In this document: one piece after another, positions 11,342-24,100 of the stretch | Layout: each line of letters begins with the position of its first letter | How positions within the stretch are numbered: position 1 is the first letter of the stretch | Assembly: GCA_043228905.1 (NCBI GenBank) | Contig: JBHGNT010000018.1 | Span: forward strand, 2,914,001-2,978,000 | Length of the DNA: 64,000 bases | From: Azolla caroliniana | Taxonomy: Eukaryota > Plantae > Polypodiophyta | Direction: 5' to 3' | Position numbers and translations under genes: made by a program | The notes under the pieces: generated by a model | Databases searched by the model: none | The model's input: the letters and a program-made list of their open reading frames with translations, nothing else | What the model was told of the DNA's origin: nothing

Positions 11342-12012
11342 TGATGAGAATCGCAGAATGTTACTCGGCCACAACCGAGTCTAGAATCATAGAAAATGAG
11401 GATGGAATACACAGAATGGGAACTCAAGAGTGAACACAGGATGTTTTCGTGGAAAACCCTAAATGGGAAAAACCATGGGAGCCCATAGATTCTGAACTAT
11501 CACTATGAAGAGAAGGGGTACAATCAAAGACTTGTAGGCAACAACCTCGAGCTCGGTTTCTTTGCCAGGCGGCGGTTACAACATGTAAAAGAATATGTTG
11601 TGCGGAAGCGTGTGCGTAAACACAGAGTACACAGTTCGAAGGAATAAGAAGGTTGGATAAAACACAGGAAACGTAGAGATGGAGATGGAGAGAGAGAGAG
11701 AGAGAGAGAGACCAAACAACAGAAAAACTCCAATTCAAAATAATGACTCTCTCACTATACATCGTGCTCAATGAGCAGCTTTTATACAAGCCCTGACAGT
11801 TGGGCTGACACAAGAACTAACAGTACTTGAATGCTCATAAATGAGCTTACTACACTAACTCCCAAAATTATTCCTTATGAGGAATACCATACTAACGGCC
11901 TTCCAATTTACGCACAGATACGGCCACGTTATGTGTACTGTTTTACGCACCCAATCTACGCACTGGGTTACGTACCGTATTATGCACTCAATGTTGAGCT
12001 TGTCACTCAACA
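11342..12012 (-). repeat. Copia LTR, about 671 bp, possibly composite
   Basis: Minus-strand termini TGTTGAG...CTCATCA; PBS on one side and PPT on the other; TATAAAA near 11780-11786. Confidence 0.8.
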
Positions 12013-14650
12013 CTCCCCCTGAAGCTCAACTTGAGGTTCCGTCCGCTCTTCCGGATCTATGCTCCGGTTCCTTCTGGCTTTACACCTCGCTCGCGCTCCT
12101 CGACCCGTTCGATTCCGCGCACTTTGACCCTTTTGGTCGGCTTGTCTACTCGTTCGGCCCTTCCCAACTCCCTTGATGTCGCAGTGTTGGCGCGTCCTCC
12201 ACTGCCCTTTTCTCCGCATGGTCTTCAGTTGATTCAGTGTATCCGAATCAAACATTCCGATTGAATCGAACTCTTCCGATTCAATTCCGCTCTCATCCGA
12301 ATTGGTTGCCCTCGGCTCTTCCCTACGGTTATGGCCCTTGCTCTTTTCTTCGACTTCTTCAGCCGTCCCGAAATTGAATTCTTAATCCGATTCTGCGTCA
12401 CGGTCACTTCCGCCCCGATGAACACCTCCTCTCCTTTCACGCTCTTGTTCTTGTTCTTCCTTTCTCCCCCTCAAGTTCGGCGTGTTGAGGTGACGCAACC
12501 CAAGCTCACCCGAGAAATGCTGTAACTTGTCGAGACCAAGAGGCTTGGTGAAGATGTCGGCAACTTGCCGATCAGTCGAAACATGCACTAGGTCGACTTC
12601 ATCTGAAAGGACCCTCTCGCAGACAAAATGGTAATGCACCTCAATGTGCTTGGTCCGAGCGTGGAACACGGGGTTTTTCGCAAGGTGGATACTGCTGAGG
12701 TTGTCACAATAGATCGTCGTCGGATCAGACACCTCTACATGTAGATCCCGTAATAGCCGTTTTAGCCAAATGACCTCGCACGCAGCAACAGTTGCCCCTC
12801 GATACTCGGCCTCCGTGCTTGACAGTGCTACTGTCGGCTGCTTCTTACTACTTCATGCGATCGCTGCACTTCCCAAGGAGAATGCGTACCTGGATGTGGA
12901 TCTACGACCATTGGCATTTTCAGCCCAATCGGCATACGTGTAGCCAACTAAGTGTTCGACTACACCTACTCGATATAGCAACGCCATGTCTTTCGTGCCG
13001 CTTACATATCGCAATATCCTTTGTGTGCATTGAAAGTGTTCGGCCGTAGGCTGCGACATAAATTGACTGATTAAGCCGACTGGGTAGCTAAGATCCGACT
13101 GAGTAATCGTCAAATAGATAAGGCTTCCGATAATCTGTCGGAACCGTGTCACGTCACACGCCTTGCCCGAATCTGGGCGAAGCTTCACGTTTCTGTCCAG
13201 AGGGGTTGAGATGGGTCTACAATCTGCCATCCCGAACTTGAAGAGCATATTCAGCGCGTAATCACGCTGGCTGATCAATATGCCTTCGGGGGTATGGATC
13301 ACTTCGATCCCGAGGAAGTAATGAAGGTCTCCGAGATTCTTGATTTCAAACGATGCCGCAAGCTGAGACTTCACACGACGGATTTCGTCAAGATCGGCAC
13401 TAGCGATGACTAAATCGTCAACGTACAAGAGCAGGCTGACCGGTCCATATTGACCTCGCCAAACAAATAGAGAAGAGTCTGATTTCGACGGCGCAAACCC
13501 CATCCTTCACAACTGTTGCGTAATCTTTGCATTCCAAGCTCACGGGGCTTGCTTTAGTCCCTATAAGGACTTCTTTAATCGGCAAACTGCTGAGGTGTTT
13601 TGTTCAGATAGAAATCTGGGGGGTTGTACCATGTACACCTGTTCCTCAAGATCACCTTGTAGGAACACATTCTTTACACCCATATGATGTAAGTGCCACC
13701 ACTTTGCCGCTGCTACGGCTAGCAGGACTCGCACGGTAGTCATCTTTGCAACAGGCGCGAAGGTCTCATCATAGTTCACGTCGTGCTTCTACGCATAGCC
13801 TTTAGCTACTAAACGGGCCTTGTAGCGGTTGACAGAGCCGTCCTTGTTGTATTTCACTTTATACACCCACCGGTAGTCGATCGGCTTCACACCCTTCGGT
13901 GCGTCAACCAGGTCCCATGTCTCATTCTGCGTTAAGGGGCGCATCTCTTCCTCCATCGCGGCACGCTAATTTGCGTCTTTCGTTGCTTCTATATAGCTCT
14001 CCGGCTCACGCACTTCCACCACTCGCGTCATATACACATAATGGTGCGCCATATATTCATTATACCCGTACCTCTTTACGGGGTTCTTCTAGCGGGTAGA
14101 TCGGTGTAAATCGTGATTACCCGATTTAACGGCTTTTTTGGCCGATTTCAACATCTTCTGTAGAGGTTCATTTTCGACTAGCTCGAGGTCAGATTCGCTT
14201 CGAACTGACTCGGCACTACTGAAATCGTATTCCAACGTCTTCTTCTTCCCCTTCTCCTTGCGCGTAAACTGTCTCCTCGGTTCTTTACGCGGGGGCATCA
14301 CGGCCGAGTCTCCACTACTCACAGTCTCATCATCTAGTTGGTCATCTCGGCCCAACCCCTCATTTGGCCCGCTTAGCCAAAATGAGATCGGACTCTCTCT
14401 TAGAGCTCCGATTTCTTCATCATGCGGAGGCATTTCGACCTCGCTAACATCGTCCTCAGAATTTGGAATGGAGTCATGAGGAGTTGGAGGTGAAGGCAAG
14501 TACCATGAAGCGAACTCATCGAACACGACATCTCGGCTTACGCGTACTTCCTTCGTTCGGGGGTTGTAACACTTATACCCCTTCTGCTCGTTTGAATAGC
14601 CGACCAAGATACATTTCTCGCCTTTGGTATCCAGCTTCCTCCTTTTCTTC
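12013..14650 (-). mobile_element. Ty1/Copia retrotransposon C, 3' half (integrase C-terminus, RT, RNase H, PPT), 5' truncated
   Basis: KLDTKGEKCILVGYS; NYDETFAPVAKMTTVR; LLLYVDDLVI; IYCDNLSSIHLAKNPVFHARTKHIEVHYHF. PPT AGGGGGAG at 12013-12020. Stops present. Confidence 0.93.
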
Positions 14651-15702
14651 GACCTTAAGGTTAACAGCCATACGCTATGACCAACTAAGCTATTGAAGCA
14701 ACATGCATGGCAACAAATACCAACTAACTTGAGATTTGCAAAACACCATGAAATAATACGAAGATCAATACTGGTTATTTTCAGTTCCAAGGTGCGCGTT
14801 TACAAGACAACATGACCATCTTCACTATATCTCAATGTTTGAAGCAGCAACATGCATTGCAACAAATACCAACTAACTTGAGATTTGCAAACACCATGAA
14901 ATAATACGAAGATCAATATTGGTTATTTTCAGTTCCAAGGTGCGCGTTTATAGGACAACATGATCATCTTCACTATATCTCAATGTTGGGCATCAAACTC
15001 AAGCATCATATTCTTGTTTTTAGTCTATATATCAAATCAATCTCATGAATTATACATTTATCAACATTCATCATATTTATCTACGCTCCAAGATGGGCTT
15101 GAACCACCGACCTTATGGTTAACAGCCATATGCTCTAACCAACTGAGCTATTGAAGCAATTTGAAACAAATAACATGAGATTTGTAAAACGACATGAAAC
15201 AATATGACTATCAATATTGGTTATTTTCAAATCCAAGGTGGGCATGAACCACCAATGTTATGGTTAACAACCATATGCTCAAACCAATTTTGCTATTCAC
15301 GAAAGGGAACTAAACTTAAACATATATTTTTACTTTATAGGATCTAAACAACATGATCATCTTCACAATATCTCAATGGTGGGTTTGAAACATTGTCATC
15401 ATATTCTTGTTTTTAGTCTATAGATAAAAAGATCAAACACATGATTTATACATTTACCAATCTTTTTCATATTTATCTACTCTCCAAGGTGGGCTTGAAC
15501 CATTGACTTCATGGTTAACAACTATACATTGTAACCAACTAAGTTATTGATGCAATGTGAAACAAATCTAACTAACTTGAGATTTGCAAACATTATGAAA
15601 CAATATGATGATCGATATTGGTTATTTTCAGTTCCAAGGTGGGTTTGAACCACCAATGTTATGGTTAACAACCGTATGCTCAAACCAATTGAGCTTTTCA
15701 AG
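14650..15702 (-). repeat. Decaying tandem array of tRNA-Asn copies (about 400-bp unit with two tRNA copies)
   Basis: tRNA-like segments at about 14650-14698 (partial), 15084-15157, 15231-15300, 15480-15553 and 15631-15702. Spacer sequences also repeat, e.g. TTGGTTATTTTCAGTTCCAAGGTG and ATGATCATCTTCAC. Confidence 0.88.
15084..15157 (-). tRNA. tRNA-Asn(GTT); structurally complete but may be a pseudogene
   Basis: GCTTCAATAGCTCAGTTGGTTAGAGCATATGGCTGTTAACCATAAGGTCGGTGGTTCAAGCCCATCTTGGAGCG folds as a cloverleaf: acceptor GCTTCAA/TTGGAGC, D GCTC/GAGC, anticodon arm TATGG-CTGTTAA-CCATA, T arm GGTGG-TTCAAGC-CCATC. No oligo-T terminator nearby. Confidence 0.8.
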
Positions 15703-16689
15703 AGAGGGAATCACTAAACCGTCAAGTTTACAACAAACTTTGTTTCAAGTGAAAACATTTTCACCATACAGTTGGAAGCAAAAAGAAATCAGCATCAATG
15801 GATGTTTGGAGCATGTCTCCTCCCAATTACATCTAAATAAACCACCCTCGTTATCTTTTATTTGGTGTCTTTCCTCTGACATAGCATAGCGCACTAAGTA
15901 GAAGGTAGGAAGATGTACTTGTATGTGTGGGTAATGCGTAAAATCGATGGAGAAGAGAGCTCTTCCACATATAAGAGTAGGCTCAAGTGCTAGTTGAATT
16001 GACAAGCACGCACAACGAAATGAAATGATTTTTTAATGTAATAATCTATTTTTGCCATTTTTTGGGTTCAATAGGTGTGCATTTATGTTATATTTAAGAA
16101 ATGCTAGTTATTTTGTCCTTTATTGACAATTGAGAATAGTTATGAAACCAACCCCTTCATCATTCAAGATCCATCTCATTAGAAAGAGCTAATTACAAAT
16201 CAAATTCATGAGGCGAAGTAGTGAATATACATGAGTTACGACAAATTTACAATCTCAATGAAGATTATCTTGATTTTCGATAGCTCATTATTAGGCGGTT
16301 TGTGCCAATTCAATATTAATGTATCCTTTTAAATAGACAAGAAATCCATGTAAATCCAAATAAGTTGCATTATGCTATCCAAAGAATACTAATGAGCATT
16401 GACATAAAGGTGTTGGCTCGAGGACACATGTACAATTGCTTAATTTCAAAAACGAATCTTTTGATATCAATATCTTGCATCCGATAACAAATGGGGAATA
16501 GTGAATTTTGCAATGTCGAAAGATACTTATTTCATGTTTTCAAGGGTTATTTTCCACACATGCCTTGACGATTAATAAAGAGAACGAGTTAGATTTAGCG
16601 GGGATATGAGGTGTTGTATGAGAGCAAAGGAAAAAGCAATCTAAGGAAACGGAACAAGAGAAAGTACAAATGATTGAACGAGAAGTGCT

Positions 16690-16702
16690 TATATATATAT
16701 AT

Positions 16703-16733
<31 letters not shown>

Positions 16734-16780
16734 TATATATACATACATACATACATACATACATACATACATACATACAT
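16690..16780. repeat. Compound microsatellite (TA)n(TAGA)n(CATA)n
   Basis: Directly visible. Confidence 0.95.
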
Positions 16781-19410
16781 GGAAACAATGAAAAAGGCAT
16801 ACATGTTCTCTCAAATCATTGGATGAGAATTCGTTACATATACCTATGTTTATTCAAAAGCGTAAGGCTTCCCTCAATTTTGGTAAGGAAAATGTCCACA
16901 CCTCATAATGGCATCCCTTTGGATGCGCTTTAACAAATGTAGGGCCAATATCATACTATGAAAGCATGAAAATATCTTAAATTGGGAGGATATGTGACCT
17001 TATTATGGGTCCATCATGGAATGGATTCAATTGCCAAATAATAATGACATCAATAAAATATGTAGGACGTGTTTTAGATTCATCAACATGAAATAGTGCC
17101 TTGAAGCTATGTTGACATTTGCCAAGGCCAAGTTGGTAGATAGATAGTAAAGAAACGAGTTGTCACGTAAGCATAAAAAGTGACAAAAAAAGGGCCCTTT
17201 GCTTTGTTTTCTAATGTTCATCTATTACAACCAAGTGAAAGTTTATTCTAGAGATGAAATCAAAACACAATTGTAAACGTAAATATGCATGCACTTGTTC
17301 AAGTGCAAGTGGGGATATGATGTTGAGACATATATACATCATTACATGCTTAATTAAGGTACCAAAAAAGTGTTGCTTTCTAAAGCAGGACATGAAAAAC
17401 ATCCCTTTATACATCCATCAGAGATTGTTTAGGTCATGTAAGGTCAAGTGTCGAAGTTTATATCGATAGGTATATTAGGGACTAATATATCTAACACTTT
17501 CTACAATCCAAATGGTTGAAAATGACATCATCACCTTCTTTGCTAAAATCAACATTACCTTTACCACTACACGCCTTTTGTTTTTTGTGTTCTATTGCAC
17601 CTTATCATTGCTCCGTAGGCGAACAAATGAAACCATCATTGTAGTAACTCAAGCATTGAGTATATATATGGCTTACTTCATTATCATTTGCATGTGCATA
17701 GTATAAAAATTTAGCTCCTTTTTAAGTCAATAGAAAGATCACATTATATTGTAAAAGGTAATCATGATTTTTACTCATACCTCTCAATGCATGATTATCT
17801 TTTCAATATCTTATCTATTGTGTATCTTTCACTTCTGTTAGATTCAACTATCAAGGTAACTATAAATGTGGAGAAAATTAGTATTGTTTGCACTTTAGTA
17901 TTAATACACTTATATTATTTTGGTTTAGTAAGTCTTGAATTGGACCTTTCTAAATAAGCGTCATTTTAGGTGATTAATTTAGTGATATATTGCATTCTCA
18001 CCATTTTGATGGTATCATTATCATCGTTATGCTTATGCTTGACAACACGGTTCGGAAACAATAAATTTTGTAGATTTGTAAAGACGCGTTGTAGATTTAT
18101 AATCATCTAGAATTATGGTATACATTGATGCATAAAGCTTAGAAGTACAATACATTCAAACCATATAAATATGATCGACCTAACAAACTACACATCACAC
18201 AAAATGTACATTATTGCCATGTTCAACTATATTATGTATCACATATGTCACCATTCTAGAATCTAACATACCTCATAATCCTTATCTTATCATAATTGTG
18301 GATATGCATGTATGTATATAGCATAAAACAAAGACACTAGATGCCAAAGCATTGTTTGAAGGCATGGCATATACAAATTTACACTATGGACTAATACATA
18401 AATGCATGTACACTTGCACATATTTGTGTAACTATATAGAAAATGTTACTCTAGTTTGTTACAAATCCTAGAATGTTGCTCGAGGTTAGTGAACTCCATA
18501 TTGTTTTTACTACTTATTAGGAAGTACTAGCAACCTATATTCAATAATTAATTTATCCTAGCCATCCATTTTTCTAATGAGCACACTATTTGTGCAATTT
18601 TAACTAATGTTAAACAAACAACTTGATGTTTATATATTTCGTAACTTTTGTTTAATTTCAACTAGAATGTTAGACTTGGTAAGCTATGTAGGCAATCCAA
18701 AAGTATGTATTATGTATTATGTATGTTTCCACATTTTTATATCTTATTTGGCTTGTTTCTCATCTCCATTCCTTTTAGGATTGTAACTACTTGTTTCAAT
18801 GCCCTTGTCCTACTATTGTGGACTTTAACCCTGTACACCATGACAAAGGAATTGTCCTCTATTTTTGTCAATAGTGAATACTTCCTAGGTGGGCCATGCT
18901 ACACATTAAAAACAAAGAATATCATTGATAGATAGCCATTGAATAAAATCTCTACACACTCTCTTTGTAGGATATCCTTATCGAGACCGTCAAATGATCT
19001 TAGCAAAAAATGATGAAATGGAATTGTTTTTCTTTTTCATGAAGTTTAAACTTTAGACAGGAATAAATCATGTAAAAAAAGTTAAGAAACATCAACATCA
19101 AATGATGAACACCGTAACTTAGAGTCCTTCATGGGAAAAGATGATAGGATCCATATCGAGTTTTTTTTTCCAAAAATAAACACTACTTCGCATTAGCTAG
19201 CAAACAAGGTATATCAAAGACCGACATGTTTCAGCAAAACTCACTCTGTTCTTCTCACCAAAGTGATCATAGTCCCCACCCCCTCATTTACAACAAAAGT
19301 ATCCCATCAACTCTTTTAACATGGTAATTACCTTGTAACACAGCTATACATATTTATAGCACCTGGTCACTAATGGAAGCCATTGGCAGAAATAGCCATC
19401 TAGGGTACAA

Positions 19411-20640
19411 TGTTAGTTCAGTAAGAGATTGGGAGGTTTTCAAAATAAAGAGAGAGGAGGGAGGGTCCCGTTGGTAGTACTTTGTTTACTGGCAAGCTGG
19501 AAAAGGTGACTCAGTTGATAGATAAGGTTGTTGATGGTCTAGCTAGGTTGAATGACGAATTAGGGGTCTGGTTTAGGTGGTTTGCAAATGAGGGTGATGC
19601 AGAAATTATTCATGGCAGGTGCCTATCTAATGAGTATCGTTTGTGGGGCAACCAAAGTGTTTTGACAAACAATGGCCAGTGGTTGGTAGTGCGGGTGGTA
19701 GTGTTGGAAGGTAAGAAGTGGCAAGTAAACCCGAACCCTGGGAAGCTGAAAACTGATTTTAAATTTTGGATATTTGACAATTGTAAACCCTTATGTGATT
19801 TTGAGTGGGATCCACTAGAGGTATGGTGGTAGAAACCGGGAATGAACCAACTGGAAAGGTTTTCCGAGTACAATACTAACCTAGGAAGGCAAATCATTGG
19901 CTCCAAATCAATGAGTGTTGATCAAACTCGCAATAGCTGGAGGGATAAGGGCATATCGGATGACTTGTTGATGTCGTTTTGGAGGAGACTATGGGCGTTT
20001 GATATGCTAGAAAAAATAAAGCTTTGGTTGTGGCTTCTTAGCCATAAGGTGGTACCTATGGGGGAGTGGCTGAGGAGTCGTGGTGGGGAGGTTGGTTGCA
20101 AGATGTGGACACTCTTTGGAATTGATTCCTCATTGTTTTTGGAATTGCGTAGAGGTGATTTGCATTTGGGGTAGACGTCTTAGGATTGTGGCAGCATGCG
20201 GTGTGAATGGGAGAGTCGTATGGGGATCCTTCTAGGGGCTGAAGTTAATAGGGGAAGGCTAGGTGGAACAGTTAAACCCCCATGGTCATGGATTTATAGT
20301 ATAGGGTGGCAATGTGTTTCAATGTGCTGGAGTTCGACCTGGTATAAACTCTGAATTTTTTGAGGAGATATGGATGATGGTGGCTTGCTTAACAGTCTAG
20401 CACATTTGGACTAGGCGTTGTAAGTTTGTTTTTCAACAACACAAGCTCCCAAGCAGTGAGGTGTTGTTAAACATCTGGTTCAACCTGGTATCTTGGTTGC
20501 GGGAAAGGTACGATTCGATTAAGGGGTAACGGATGAAGCAGAAAGTGCTCACTCAAAGTTTCTACTGAAATGGGGCAGTTCTCCTAAGGTGGACAGATCA
20601 TCTTCAAGGCCTAAATGGAACTACCAAGCACTCAAATCCA
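19411..20640 (+). mobile_element. Degenerate 3' fragment of an L1-type LINE ORF2 (zf-RVT region)
   Basis: WDPLEVWW, FWRRLW...LWLWLLSHKVVPMGEW and a frameshifted C..C...H...C are collinear with WDPLQWTW, FWQKIW...FQWLLIHKSLPVGAW...CVEC...H in the LINE at 44.5-46 kb. Boundaries approximate. Confidence 0.8.
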
Positions 20641-21105
20641 TATTGAGTTATGTAAACATGGAAAGATAATCTCTCAATAGAGTATATGCGATTGATAAAT
20701 GGAATCAATTATTCATTGCAACAACTTAAGCAAAGGGCGACAATCATTTTGTAGGAATTAACTTGCACATCATAGATAAATGATTGTGTATAACCCACTA
20801 AGGAACTTATTACATAAATTGTGTCAAATTTTATTGAGGTTTTAAGTACCTTACTCTAGTGATTGTTAGACTTCTACCCCTGAGGCATTTGGTTCAAGGC
20901 TTGACTATCACGCCTCTCTCCCCCCCCCCCCCCCCCCCCCCCAAAATTCTAGGTGCCATTGTAGAAAACCCTAAGTTGTACCATAATTAAGTGTGTTCAC
21001 CACCACAAGGGTAGTGGGACATATTGTATAGCCAATAGACGAGACAAACACCCCACTGAGGAAAGAATTTCTACATGCTCCACTAAAGAAAATTACCACA
21101 ATATT

Positions 21106-21146
<41 letters not shown>

Positions 21147-24100
21147 TCTAAAGTGGAATATCTAGCTTTGCTTTCAATCTTAGAGGGGGCTAGTTTGCTT
21201 ATTCCCTCTAGTCATATAATACTTGAACATGGATTTTTATATCTTTTTCTTATTTCTTAAAGCTTATGGGTCCTTATGCGAGCTATCATGTTGGTTGACA
21301 TTGATGCAACATTGTGGTTCCCAAATTAGTCAAATTCACATTTTAGCTTTCTTCAACCTTAAATCTTTCATCGTAGGGAAGTTTCATTCACTTCCAAGAG
21401 TAACCTTTCCCGATCACGATAACACATGATTCTCTAACACACTCCCTATAAAAACGGCACATCTCACTTTTGTCCCATGTTTAGAAAGGGTTTGCAATTC
21501 TAATCGGGAACGACACATTTTGGATCCCAACCACTAAAATCAAGAAAGTCATTTTCTTGATCACAAACAAAGTTAGATTCCCATGCACAAAACTCATCTC
21601 ATTTTCAGTTATTCTTGAGGATGCGATTTCCCTCACTTAACCTTATGTTGATGGGTTGATCATCATGATGATGACAAAGGGCATGTACTTGTGCCAAATG
21701 GATAAACAAGCATATTCTCCTATTTTGTGTACAAAAGAATCTCATCAAGTGATGTTAGTGGTTTTAAATAAGCTCATTGTGGTCAATTGACTTAATCAAG
21801 GTTTCATGGTTGTGTAATATAATACAATTAATCCAAGCTTCATAGTTAGGTACTACAACATGCTAGTCCATGCTCATTCAAACATCACAAGCAATTGGTT
21901 CCAGTGTCGCATGGTCTTAGTATAGAAACACATTGTAATCTCAAAGTACAACATTCATCGCTACCAAACATGGAGAGACCTCCGCCATGGATCATATGCA
22001 ATCCCATAACAAGGAGAGTGACAATAAGTTTGACACGCATCACCATATGTGAATATGGTCATAAGAGACCCATATTAAGAATATTAATGTGTCACAATGT
22101 AATACACATGCATCACCATGTATGAGGAAGCTTGTCTCAACATGTACATATTTGTTCACAAAGTTGCTTTAAAATGGAGTTAAGCCAAAAACCCAATTTC
22201 TATTACACAAACAAAGTTACCAACAAAGTAGTTAATGTATTCATAAAACTGATCTTGCAGAACACTTGAGTATCATAGCACAAGGAAAATGCACTGGAAT
22301 CCCCAACATTGAATAGGCCATGTCAATATGTAAACATCATATTAACATCCAATTATATAGTAGTGCAAGAGAGAAGTGGGGTGCCTTACTATAGCCAATG
22401 GTGAGGGAGAGAATCCTCATAATATATTCATTGAATTAAGAAATTTCAGACATGCCTCAAAATAGTCTAGATGCCAACTTAAGTAAGGAAGAATAAATCT
22501 TATAAGAATGATTTAAATTTAAATATCAAAGCTGAGAGACAACAAAGGTCGTTTCCCACAATTAATATTGAGGAAAATGGGACCAAATGAATGGCGCGAC
22601 GCAATATACCCCACCAAAAAGAACCTTTGATATCTTGGATAACTAATGAAAAACATTGTGTAGAATCAAAATACGTGCTTGCCAACTCTAATACCGAATT
22701 GTGCCAAACTAATGAGAGAGCAAACATGATTGTCTCCCAAAGCATCCAACTTTACATCATGCCATGCATCAGTAATATAGTGGACCTAGCTTTATTTTTG
22801 CTTTATTGGCTATTTGCTATAGTGGTATTTGCACAAGTGGTGCTCAACGATAAAGATTTCCCCAGTAAACCCTAGGTTGGACAAGTTGTTCTAATCATAT
22901 GCCATAATTATCGATGTTGTGCCAATAACATTGCCTAATTTCTATTTGAATAATGATTGGTTAAAACAATAATAGTTGTAAAAGAGGATATAAAAATTTG
23001 ATTCCCCATCCTTACTCAAATCTACCCCGACAATGAAGGATAATTGAGCCATAAAATAAGCTGAAAAAATTAGTTTAGAGTAGAAAATAGAGCCCAAAAT
23101 TATTCAATAGAACTTTTGGTCAATCCGAGTCAATCATTTTGAACACATGTCAAAATTTTGACGTAGAATTTCAAATACTCAATCACCCTCTTTAAAATTT
23201 GCGCTCGATTTGTTATCACGTTCTCAAATGTTGTGTATAGCAATTAAGAGTAATTAAATCAATAGTAAATTGTTTTAGAAATTTCTTGATGATGGATGCG
23301 AATTGTAATATGAATTTGAATTTGTGAATTTGATATGGTGATTGGGCTTGTTCATGTGTCATGGGTTCCACACTCCAACCAAAGCACTATATGGGGAAAA
23401 CCAATTTGTGAATTAAGATAGACTATCAGCATAGTTACAAATAAGCCGTTATACTACTTTTAGATGGATTATAAAGTCTTTTTCAGAAGAAGAAGAAAAA
23501 AAAGAGTTTTCATCTGATTTTCTTTATCCAATTTATCTGAGTAATTTTGCCAGTGACATTGATTTTGAAATTGTAGATAGTGAATATAGGCAATATTATC
23601 TCAAACTTTTGTTCGAGGTAACACTATGTCAAATTTGGATTCTATTTTGGAGCATGTTCGTTCGCATAGGAATATTGGCCCTAAGAAAACATGTTGATCA
23701 TAGCAAGGCATGGACATCGAATAACAATCACACGAGACCACACATGTTTGCAAACAGATAAGATATAAAAATAACCAAAAAAACAATTTTTATGCACATT
23801 AGCTCACCATTGATTGCAAGGGTGATCATTATATTATGACTACAAGTTATGGTTGTTCAGTGGGAATGGAAATATCAAATGTTTATTGCTCAAGGTTTCA
23901 CCCATGTCTGAGAATTTTACTAGTTGTTGAATAGGACCATGCATATGCCATGTACGATCGAGTTGAAGCCCATTTGCAAAATCTATTTTCATAATTATAG
24001 TTCACTTTTTAAGTCAAATTGAAAGACCTGAATATTGTTGGTGAAATGTGAGGTAGATATACCTCAATACTCTCTCATATGAGTAATGTCTCATCTCTTG

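Larger units (their letters stand above)
6788..12012 (-). mobile_element. Ty1/Copia retrotransposon B (Tnt1/Tork-like), 3' end deleted, disabled
   Basis: LTR, tRNA-iMet PBS, gag (MEESFGSMFKLTGSNYSVWK; CFYCGKPGH), protease (WVVDSGA), integrase (KLDPKSRPCTFLGYG), RT (FAPVVKMTSIR; LLLYVDDML) and RNase H (STMEAEY/MAVVEADKEIIW). Several stops and frameshifts. Confidence 0.93.

Noticed and set aside
14651-14790. N-terminal part of ORF 14089..14790 as Copia protein
   Set aside because: It is read-through into the tRNA-Asn repeat; only the part from RSKKRRKLD onward is integrase.
20920-20942. Poly-C run as a functional G-quadruplex
   Set aside because: Simple homopolymer with no supporting context.
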